Positions 44,601 to 51,624 of a stretch of 64,000 bases of DNA are shown here, piece by piece (the first letter of the stretch is position 1; each line of letters begins with the position of its first letter). The stretch spans positions 32,001 through 96,000 of the IMG/VR virus record IMGVR_UViG_3300031576_000006; one strand, 5' to 3'. The stretch comes from a virus. The notes under the pieces are model-generated. The model made no database searches. It was not told where the DNA came from and saw only the letters and a program-made list of their open reading frames with translations. A program made the position numbers and the translations under genes.

Positions 44601-47197
44601 ACTTCGGACCCACAGCTAATTTCCCATCTGGTTTCGGTAATAATTTCAATTTCGCCGATTTCAAAATGCATTTGAAGGCTCGAAGGGTTTTCGATCCATC
44701 TGGTGCAAACAATAAGATCATGGTTAGATCCGCACTGTTTGGTCCAAGCGGAAATAGAACTCGTGTGGGATTCTTTTACCCTCAGTCTGACGCGGCTGCA
44801 GTTAGTTATTCGGCTGCCACTGGCAGTTTCACCGATATCCATATTATACTTGCCTCCGGCGCGTTGCGCACGGGCGGTACGTGGGATTCCACTACAGAGT
44901 TTGACGTAACAAATCCAGGTGGAAGCACTTGGCGGTATACTTGGAATACAGTTGGCACCGCACCTAACTTCTCATCTGCAAGTATCCTAGTTGGAGACAT
45001 TGTAAATATTTCTTCCGGCTCTACATTCAATTCTGCAAATGTCGGAACGTTTAAGGTTACTGGCATCACGAACACCTATTTTGAGATCACCAATTATTCA
45101 CCAGGATTTGCTGAAACAGGACGCACACTTAGCTCAGCTGCATCACTAAAATTCTTCCCACTAGATGCCTCTGCCAATACAGCAACATTAATTGGAACAT
45201 TTATCAATACTACGACAACCTCGGTTGAATATATTACAATTGCCCAGCTTGAAACTGGTGCAGGAGTAATCAGTACTTCCACAAAAGATGAGACTGTCGG
45301 AGTTAATGAGGTTCTTGAGCTTCAAGACGGTGAGAACTGGATCAGTTCTAGCAGTATCGGCACCACCATCACACCAACAAATGATTTCACATTAAAACGC
45401 TCTTTAAATGTTTTTGGAGCGGACTTCCTTAGTGAAGAGTTTTATCTAGTACCTACAAGATCTGAACACTTAAATAGATTTCTCAATCGATTCGCCGTTA
45501 CGGGCCTTTCTTCGCTAGGTAATATATCTCAAGCTACTGACGCTAAAGCAGTTGAGATCTACAGCACTCTATTCGGTTCCGATGGCACTGTATTTGTTAC
45601 AGGTGGATCTGGCAATGAAGTAAGTGCTGCGGTCACTGAATCTGCGGCTGTTGTTGACAGCAGTTTCGTTAAGTTTGGAATTGCAAAATCTGCATCATCC
45701 GGCTTCCATCGTGGACAGTGGTTAAAAATTGAAAATACAGACACCCTTGCAAAAGATACAAAATTCAGGTCGGCTACTCAGATCACTTGGAATGCACAAT
45801 TTCCAGTCGTCGGCCAAACAACTATCAGTATTCCTAATAGTACTGCTGGTAACGTATATCAAAACGGCTTCTTCTGGACTAATCGATATCACGATAGCGA
45901 TGTTACAACTCAGTTTAGGGTTGAGAAACAGGGTCCGTTCGTAGCCCTTAGCTGGACTGGAACAGGCACTGCACCTTTATTCACAAAAACTTTTACATTA
46001 ACTAACCGGGCACGCACGTCTGGAGTGTCTACTGTCACAACATCCGCCGCTCACGGCGTTGCAACTGGGAGTTCAATTGAATTGGTTATTTCAGGGGTCA
46101 ACGATAGCTCCTTTGATGGTACGTTTAGGGCTACTGCCGCCTCACCTACAACATTTGATTACAGACAGGATACTCTTACTAACGTTGTTTCTGCTGCTAC
46201 TGCTGGTAGTGCTGTACGAAAGGTAAAAAAGACCGATCGTATTAATTTCAGTGGAGCCTTCAGTACTGCAAACCAAGGCGAATTCGATGTCGTCGGTATT
46301 TACGGCGCATCTACGATTTATTTCATGAACAATAACGTTATTGAAGAAGATGTAATTCTTTCAGCCAATTCAAATATCAAAATTTACGATTACGATTCGG
46401 TCAGGCCGGGCGACTCTTTCTCTGTAGGATCTACAATTCTTGATTCTATATCTCCATTCGAATCACATCAGGGATCTTTTACAGTAGCTTCGATTACCTC
46501 AAGCGAGACCGAGATTGTCATCACAAGTTCTGCCGCTCAGGATGTCACGGCTGTTACCTTAGGATCTGATTTTAATACAGTAAGATCTATTGAACAATTT
46601 CCTTTCTTGATGTATGGTAAGATTCAGAACACTTCTGCATCACCACCTAACTCAAACAATACGGATATTATTATCGAAGGACTTGAGCTTCCTACAAAAA
46701 TTACACCTTCAGCAGGAACCGGTATTTCATCTGTGTCAAAACTGAATTTTGACACTTCAGTCAATTCCGGTGAAGATTCATATAAATATTACGGTGGATT
46801 AATTAGCGCAGTCGGCCAAAAGATCCGTGGTAAAGCCTCGGACCCTATCACTTATCCTGGTGTGGCTGCTACCGGCTCGTTCATTGAGATCGATGCTGCA
46901 TTAGAAAAGCGCATTCAGCTTTCTATTGTAATTAGAAATAGAACCGGTACACCGTTTTCTATAGTTAAGTCTCGTGTTCAGTCTGCAGTGGCAGCCTATG
47001 TAGATTCCGTTGGAGTAGGCCAACCGGTCGTATTCTCTGAAATCGTCGTTGCCGCTCAGTCTATTGATGGAGTTCAAGCAGTGGCTATTTCAAGTCCAAC
47101 ATATAATTCAAGTAATGACCAGATTATTTCACAACCAGACCAGAAGCCCTTGATTCGCAATATAGATCAAGACATTATCGTAAGTCAGGCCGCATAA
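41633..47197 (+). CDS. giant baseplate J/gp6-like wedge protein
   Basis: N-terminal TDLNKGSANRSTLEAAA...DLDKIG, GKIGNV, GRDVMSNIDYRE; C-terminal VAAYVDSVGVGQPVVFSEIV...IDGVQAV. Confidence 0.8.
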   Translation: MATPVTRSFRQIFKDMVRQYVFTSGVTDLNKGSANRSTLEAAALSDFKTQGDIMAALASVDIDRAEDSDLDKIGFAAKVPRPQARESNGIVTIYQKNFTKISTKVYQGTAAPPAGSATLNIADSAGLPASGSVYIGRGTNNLEGPIAYSSILSLGSFFQLVLVTPTTKNHNVGESVILAQGGNRAVGAGAIVQTKSTLTSQSVTFRTINSVTLLDGEMELKDVPVICTQVGKIGNVTANAIVEFASEPFPNAASVNPLGFVSGRDVMSNIDYRELIKKSEQSRVKGTDEAIKLAANGVQSTDDNQTVTSAEIRKPANRGEPSILFLDNSTGYQPIFKGQGFEQIIDSANGGEKYLQLQREDVVRATVVSSIETPFAITGGMTLSVKVGGVLSEHIFNASDFLTEGAADTFEVINSINNNPTLLFNARGFSNSRKIVIFSRSFKNEDMQVAVPSAGVDANEFLGFPKTLTYSLRLYKNDDLLIKDGIIPTIYSNAQNTWNSSITNGATLKVKVDQTSFQAITLLDADFVPFGYATVNKDNALSAWASVLTTKLAGVTVSVEGNKLKMVSNLGANDSARLEVSDSLVANSLAQGDNMFEPEVSQGVTSDYSFNRSTGQEELAAVAATNDVFTAGSRFTRGFIDSGIFTSGSLTLTASPVPKLYFIVDQEAARISVSLSNTITVSVTNPSSNVWRYTFSVAGVITGVLRDDIVIITDNTTLSANNEGHWRVNAVDGAGTWFEVVKTTGTIEGPITLTGGSDFIFVRSPFGEVQSVDLPSGLQTLTALSNTIRTLQGLTAEVIGGRKIRVSTLSFDPDVGHIFLAGENTNATTLGFVIGDSDTSEISHTAFNTSQKDLTFIEFFHDSFATGDSSTPYTSVTTTVNLDTAGYEPNNKIGFLNPYGTKISSNRKMNTDIDNINGVTLSLRDSAKLREIIASDRYYTGIPFNFNALDNMVVVLDSDTINKTFNIKMGRLAKIYSSPNASTFKAYDLDFGPTANFPSGFGNNFNFADFKMHLKARRVFDPSGANNKIMVRSALFGPSGNRTRVGFFYPQSDAAAVSYSAATGSFTDIHIILASGALRTGGTWDSTTEFDVTNPGGSTWRYTWNTVGTAPNFSSASILVGDIVNISSGSTFNSANVGTFKVTGITNTYFEITNYSPGFAETGRTLSSAASLKFFPLDASANTATLIGTFINTTTTSVEYITIAQLETGAGVISTSTKDETVGVNEVLELQDGENWISSSSIGTTITPTNDFTLKRSLNVFGADFLSEEFYLVPTRSEHLNRFLNRFAVTGLSSLGNISQATDAKAVEIYSTLFGSDGTVFVTGGSGNEVSAAVTESAAVVDSSFVKFGIAKSASSGFHRGQWLKIENTDTLAKDTKFRSATQITWNAQFPVVGQTTISIPNSTAGNVYQNGFFWTNRYHDSDVTTQFRVEKQGPFVALSWTGTGTAPLFTKTFTLTNRARTSGVSTVTTSAAHGVATGSSIELVISGVNDSSFDGTFRATAASPTTFDYRQDTLTNVVSAATAGSAVRKVKKTDRINFSGAFSTANQGEFDVVGIYGASTIYFMNNNVIEEDVILSANSNIKIYDYDSVRPGDSFSVGSTILDSISPFESHQGSFTVASITSSETEIVITSSAAQDVTAVTLGSDFNTVRSIEQFPFLMYGKIQNTSASPPNSNNTDIIIEGLELPTKITPSAGTGISSVSKLNFDTSVNSGEDSYKYYGGLISAVGQKIRGKASDPITYPGVAATGSFIEIDAALEKRIQLSIVIRNRTGTPFSIVKSRVQSAVAAYVDSVGVGQPVVFSEIVVAAQSIDGVQAVAISSPTYNSSNDQIISQPDQKPLIRNIDQDIIVSQAA

Positions 47198-47409
47198 TGA
47201 ATATAATTAATACTGCAGAACAATGGAACACGCGATTTGGCGATCGTATCACTCCTTTGATGGGTGAACGTGGTGAGCGAAATCTATTACAGCGCAAATT
47301 CTACAGAGTAAATGAGCAACAATTCTGGTTGAAGCTACATGATAGTAGATATCATATTAATAGGTATGGACAAAAACTAAACTTATACTCGTGGAACAAA
47401 GACGAATGA
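47197..47409 (+). CDS. microprotein array member A
   Basis: TAATG-coupled; MNII...RITP...QKLN. Confidence 0.6.
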   Translation: MNIINTAEQWNTRFGDRITPLMGERGERNLLQRKFYRVNEQQFWLKLHDSRYHINRYGQKLNLYSWNKDE

Positions 47410-47618
47410 TCATTATAGGCCGTCCATATTGTTTTACTGATTCTGAGAGATCAATTACACCTATTGCTAGTTTTGGATGTATGGATGTAATTAGCAAAAT
47501 TCATGCACACAGACAAGGGATCTCTCTTCATGAAGATATGGTATTTCGAAGTAATCATGAAGTTGATATCTACGACAGTTGGCAGAAATTAAATAAGATG
47601 GTTTACGCAAAAGTATGA
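47406..47618 (+). CDS. microprotein array member B
   Basis: ATGA-coupled start at 47406; MIIIG...SITP...QKLN. Confidence 0.6.
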   Translation: MIIIGRPYCFTDSERSITPIASFGCMDVISKIHAHRQGISLHEDMVFRSNHEVDIYDSWQKLNKMVYAKV

Positions 47619-47812
47619 ATTTTATTGGACAGCCGTGGCAAACAACCAATGCAGATCGAATCATTCATCCTGGCAATCTTGAATCCAATGCAGAATATTT
47701 AATGAATAATGATCGAGAAGTTTTAAATACTTATGACCACTACGCCATGCGTGCAGCAGACCAAGTTAATAGAAGGTCGTGGCGTCTCAACACAGTGATA
47801 CTCGATGATTAA
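47615..47812 (+). CDS. microprotein array member C
   Basis: ATGA-coupled; MNFIG...RIIHP...WRLN. Confidence 0.6.
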   Translation: MNFIGQPWQTTNADRIIHPGNLESNAEYLMNNDREVLNTYDHYAMRAADQVNRRSWRLNTVILDD

Positions 47813-48026
47813 AATAATAGCCGGAGTAACCTCCCAACATTTGTCCAATAATTCCATACGGGATTTTACTGGTAAAGGGTTCGTCAATGATGATCATATT
47901 AATGCATACGAACGACACGGACTGAATAGCCTTAGAAGAATCGTTATGTATTTGAATTTTAAGGCCACTGGTGTTTCACCTGCACACAAATATTTAAAGT
48001 TAAATCAAGTTGATATAGATGAATAG
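47805..48026 (+). CDS. microprotein array member D
   Basis: 8-nt overlap; MIKII...SIRD...LKLN. Confidence 0.55.
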   Translation: MIKIIAGVTSQHLSNNSIRDFTGKGFVNDDHINAYERHGLNSLRRIVMYLNFKATGVSPAHKYLKLNQVDIDE

Positions 48027-48309
48027 TCACCCCAAACAAATCAAATTACATTACGTAAACTGGTTAGAAAACGACTGGCAGAACCTAAACGAGGCTTTCG
48101 GTAAAGAATGGTCTGATGTGCGCCATCAGGATTCGGCTTATCATACTGGTACTACCGATGAAAGGGTAAACGCGTATGGAGATTTTATTAATCGCTGTTC
48201 CGTTATGGTTCATCAACCTGGACCATACTGCGCATTCCGGCCTGAAGATAGATCGGTTTCAACTTCAAAAGACATGTTAGAAGTAATAAGAGAGTTTTTC
48301 GATGAGTGA
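48019..48309 (+). CDS. hypothetical protein
   Basis: 8-nt overlaps on both sides. Confidence 0.55.
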   Translation: MNSHPKQIKLHYVNWLENDWQNLNEAFGKEWSDVRHQDSAYHTGTTDERVNAYGDFINRCSVMVHQPGPYCAFRPEDRSVSTSKDMLEVIREFFDE

Positions 48310-49900
48310 TAATCCCACAATTTCACAACGAATTAGAGCCTTACTAAATAAGGTTATCAAGGGCAAATTTACAAATGCTATGATAGAGGCGCTTGCCGTT
48401 GGTGATGGATATAATGACCAAAATATTATCGCCCTCAAAGATAATTTATTCATTGCTACAGCCGAGAAACGCTTTCTCGATAAACTCCTAGCTGCTAAGG
48501 GCATCATCCGTCCGCCTGGCGTTGGTATCGATGACGATAGTTTTCGCGACCTGGCTGTCTCTATTACGACAAATCAATTAGTAGCAAATATTTTCTTCGA
48601 AGTCCTTGAATTGTTTTATGGTGAAGATGCCGTTAAGTCTAATGTGTTGGCCGTTATTGAAGAACCTTATCCCCTCGAAGACGGTATGGATATTTTCATT
48701 AAGCAGGACGGTAATGATACGCCTCTCAGAGTTGAGTTTAAGGCTGCAGATTTCCAAAACATCGCTACGGCTACTTCGATCGAAATTGGTTCAATAATTT
48801 CTCGTGAAGCTATCAAGGCTAACTACACACTTTACGCCACTGATTTCTTAGATGCTGCTGCTGGTAAAACTTACGTACAACTATTCTCAGGTACACGCGG
48901 ACCAAAGTCTGCAATCACGGTTACTGGTGGATCTGCACAGAATATTTTCCGTTTTCCAACATTGAAGCCGACTACACAGATGGCTACCACTCAGTTTACG
49001 GTCACTGTAGAGGGTGGATCTTTAAGATATACGTGGACTGCAGGTAGTGATCCGGGATTACAAAACGTTGAGGTGGGTGATTATGTAAATATTAAATCCC
49101 CTCCGTTCCCCGTGAACCAAGAAGGTAGTTTTACGATTACCGCTATTGTTCCAGATACTGTTGGTCTTGGATATTTTGAAGTAAGGAATCCAATAGTTCA
49201 AACCGGAGGCGTCGTAAATCTTGCAGACCCGGATGACTTAAGATTTTTCGCACCTAAACGAAATACACTCAATGATCTCACTCGCTTTGCTACTATGTAT
49301 GAAGTTAATCCATATGAAACGGTTGTATTTTTGCCAGCCACAACTAAAATTGTAAAACGTATCTTGAAGGGCGGGTGGCACATTCACGAGGATGCTACTG
49401 ATCAGGGTTATTTAGGTGCTTATTTATTTAACCCCAAGTCTGGATTCCCAATCAGCAAAACATCTGTACCGCTCAATCAAGTAATTAATGCTGGTCAAGT
49501 ATATAGCGTAATTTCTACAAACGGTTCGTCAACTGAATTTCCAGATCAAATTGGATTTTTGGTATTCGACTTTGGAACTTCCAATCAAGAAGGTCCGATC
49601 AGATACCTTGGACGGCCATCGAACAACACTTTGCTGCTTGACGCATCATACACTTTTAAGAAGACACATGCAGTAAATGCTGATATAACATTGGTGACGA
49701 GCACAAAACCATTTCAACCGAGGGTTGATGGCAGAGACTATGCCACTTACTTAACCGGTACGACTAAAGGCCGCATTGAAGCTGAAAATCTTTCGAATAG
49801 GCTGGTCGCAGCTGGTATTTTTCTCAATATTTTGATAGTATATCCAGGGGGACCTGGACTAAATGACATTACTCAGGTGTATGCAGGAGATCAGACATAA
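48302..49900 (+). CDS. baseplate wedge protein (P2 gpI/gp7-like)
   Basis: LFIATAEKRFLDKL...GIIRPPGVGIDDDSFRDL...LELFYG; C-terminal LVAAGI. Confidence 0.65.
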   Translation: MSDNPTISQRIRALLNKVIKGKFTNAMIEALAVGDGYNDQNIIALKDNLFIATAEKRFLDKLLAAKGIIRPPGVGIDDDSFRDLAVSITTNQLVANIFFEVLELFYGEDAVKSNVLAVIEEPYPLEDGMDIFIKQDGNDTPLRVEFKAADFQNIATATSIEIGSIISREAIKANYTLYATDFLDAAAGKTYVQLFSGTRGPKSAITVTGGSAQNIFRFPTLKPTTQMATTQFTVTVEGGSLRYTWTAGSDPGLQNVEVGDYVNIKSPPFPVNQEGSFTITAIVPDTVGLGYFEVRNPIVQTGGVVNLADPDDLRFFAPKRNTLNDLTRFATMYEVNPYETVVFLPATTKIVKRILKGGWHIHEDATDQGYLGAYLFNPKSGFPISKTSVPLNQVINAGQVYSVISTNGSSTEFPDQIGFLVFDFGTSNQEGPIRYLGRPSNNTLLLDASYTFKKTHAVNADITLVTSTKPFQPRVDGRDYATYLTGTTKGRIEAENLSNRLVAAGIFLNILIVYPGGPGLNDITQVYAGDQT

Positions 49901-49903
49901 CCC

Positions 49904-49932
49904 TTGACATAAATGAAAGGATAATGGATACT
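49904..49932 (+). promoter_or_regulatory. sigma70-like promoter
   Basis: TTGACA-N17-GATACT immediately after the baseplate gene stop. Confidence 0.65.
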
Positions 49933-49955
49933 GCAGCACTCAATTAACCATATAT

Positions 49956-50528
49956 TTGGAGACTACAGTGATCTATTTTATACAAACTGAAGATGGTCCG
50001 ATAAAAATCGGATACACTACTTCTGTAAAAAAACGAATGAATACTTTACAAACATCATCACCTAAAAAACTTACATTGCTTGCGGAAATGCAAGGCAGTA
50101 GAACCTTTGAACGAGAAATTCACAATAAATTCCATCATATCAAAATGACCGGAGAATGGTTTCGACCAGAGCAAGAATTAATGAATTTTATTCAAGACCT
50201 TAAGGGGACCGCAACCGCTACTGGCGAACGCAAAATAGTGCTACTTCCTAATTTAGCCCGACAAATGGTGAACATGGGAGAAAACATTAAACTTGCAAGA
50301 CTTAGACGAAATCTTTCCGCTGCAATGATTGCCGAACGCGCCGATATAACTCGAACAACCCTGAGATCTATAGAGCGAGGTGATGCCAGTGTTTCTATTG
50401 GTAACATTGCCAAAGTATTATTCACCCTTGGACTTTCAGAAGATTTGGAAAAATTAGGGTCTGACGATATACTTGGTAGAAAACTTCAAGATATCGGATT
50501 AAGTAGAAAAAGAATCTCTAGTAAGTAA
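49956..50528 (+). CDS. T5orf172/GIY-YIG-like domain fused to XRE/HipB-like HTH
   Basis: VIYFI...IKIGYT..VKKRM..LQT...EREIH..F...GEWF; then MGENIKLARLRRNLSAAMIAERADITRTTLRSIERG...DDILGRKLQD. Confidence 0.8.
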   Translation: METTVIYFIQTEDGPIKIGYTTSVKKRMNTLQTSSPKKLTLLAEMQGSRTFEREIHNKFHHIKMTGEWFRPEQELMNFIQDLKGTATATGERKIVLLPNLARQMVNMGENIKLARLRRNLSAAMIAERADITRTTLRSIERGDASVSIGNIAKVLFTLGLSEDLEKLGSDDILGRKLQDIGLSRKRISSK

Positions 50529-50537
50529 GGGGATTTT

Positions 50538-50608
50538 TGGTAAAAAGAGTGACTGAATGGGTAGTTTGTGGTAAAAAGAGTGACTGAATGGGTAGTTTGT
50601 GGTAAAAA
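50538..50608 (+). repeat. 31-bp perfect tandem repeat (x2.3)
   Basis: TGGTAAAAAGAGTGACTGAATGGGTAGTTTG x2 plus TGGTAAAAA. Confidence 0.95.
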
Positions 50609-50613
50609 ATCAA

Positions 50614-50690
50614 TGCGGGGAAGAGCACCGGGCGCTCGTTGGCCTCATAAGCCAAAGAGAAGGTTGGTTCGATTCCACCCTCCACAACCA
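50614..50690 (+). tRNA. tRNA with CAU anticodon (Met, initiator-like, atypical)
   Basis: TGCGGGG/CTCCACA acceptor, GAGC/GCTC D stem, TTGGC-CTCATAA-GCCAA anticodon arm, GG-TTCGATT-CC T loop, encoded ACCA. Confidence 0.8.
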
Positions 50691-50738
50691 ATTTTACACA
50701 AAATCCCAACATCTAACATAAAAGGTGACACAAGGTTT

Positions 50739-50909
50739 ATGAAACCATATGGATACAAAAAACTCAAAAATCCTCCAGGTGATGGATGCTTCCTCTGCAC
50801 ACGGGCACGTAAGACTACCAAAACTGCTGCTCGACAAAAAGCTCGAACAGAGGCTCGTCGTCACATGGCTCTTTCAAAGGTCTTGGACGATGATGAGGAC
50901 CGGAATTAA
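50739..50909 (+). CDS. small basic protein with CxxC
   Basis: AAGG SD; MKPYGYKK...CFLC...ARQKAR. Confidence 0.5.
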   Translation: MKPYGYKKLKNPPGDGCFLCTRARKTTKTAARQKARTEARRHMALSKVLDDDEDRN

Positions 50910-51066
50910 GATCGGCAAAATGAAAGATTACAGAGTTAAATTCCAAGCTGAATACAGGAGTTTGGATGTCAAACCAAAGAAGCGAAATCGCAAGTATATT
51001 GAAGGCTCAAATCGCGTAAAAGCCAAGAAACAAATTAAGAAAGAGTTAGACAGGGAAGATAAATGA
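50890..51066 (+). CDS. small basic protein
   Basis: K/R-rich; ATGA-coupled to the tube-like gene. Confidence 0.45.
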   Translation: MMRTGIKIGKMKDYRVKFQAEYRSLDVKPKKRNRKYIEGSNRVKAKKQIKKELDREDK

Positions 51067-51506
51067 GTCAAGTAGACATAATTGTAGGTGCAGCGGTAAG
51101 GTTGCTCGTCAACGGCAAGGTCATTGGCGTAGGTACCTCTGTATCTATTCAACGAGATCAGGGCGTTAAGCCGATCTTTGGTATTGATACCCCTGTCGCA
51201 CAAGAAATTGCAATTACTGGCCCCTACACAGTTCGCGGTCAGATAACCGGGCTTCGCACGAGAACTACAGCTGGTTTTGATGGCTTGCAGGTTATAAACG
51301 CATCAACCTTATCAGATTACTTTAATCAAAAATATTGCACACTTGAGCTTGTAGACCGTAAGACTAATATAGTGTTTGCCAAGGTAAGTAAGGTCATATT
51401 CAATTCAGATACTATGCAGGTGAATGCCCGTACTGTTGTAACAATTACGGCCAGCTTTATAGGCACCTATCTAACAAACGAACTAAGTCAAAAGAGTGGT
51501 AAGTAA
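51063..51506 (+). CDS. tail tube-fold protein (tube or tube initiator)
   Basis: GAAVRLLVNGKVIG..TSVS...PIFGID...QEI. Confidence 0.6.
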   Translation: MSQVDIIVGAAVRLLVNGKVIGVGTSVSIQRDQGVKPIFGIDTPVAQEIAITGPYTVRGQITGLRTRTTAGFDGLQVINASTLSDYFNQKYCTLELVDRKTNIVFAKVSKVIFNSDTMQVNARTVVTITASFIGTYLTNELSQKSGK

Positions 51507-51540
51507 GGTTCAGACGGTGATCAGAGGATTCTTTAATCAA

Positions 51541-51570
51541 ATCGCTAGCTTAGGTCAAAAACTTAATAAT
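51541..51570 (+). promoter_or_regulatory. putative late promoter (copy 6)
   Basis: ATCGCTAGCTTAGGTCAAAAACTTAATAAT, identical to copy 5. Confidence 0.7.
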
Positions 51571-51624
51571 CTACTATCCCCTCCTTTCAAATCACTCTTT
51601 GAATCCCAATAATTAAAGGTACCC

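Noticed and set aside
50538-50608. CRISPR mini-array
   Set aside because: Repeats are directly adjacent with no spacers and no cas genes are present
50568-51066. Long versions of ORFs 50568..50909 and 50749..51066
   Set aside because: N-terminal extensions run through the repeat, the tRNA or the neighbouring gene; starts were trimmed to 50739 and 50890
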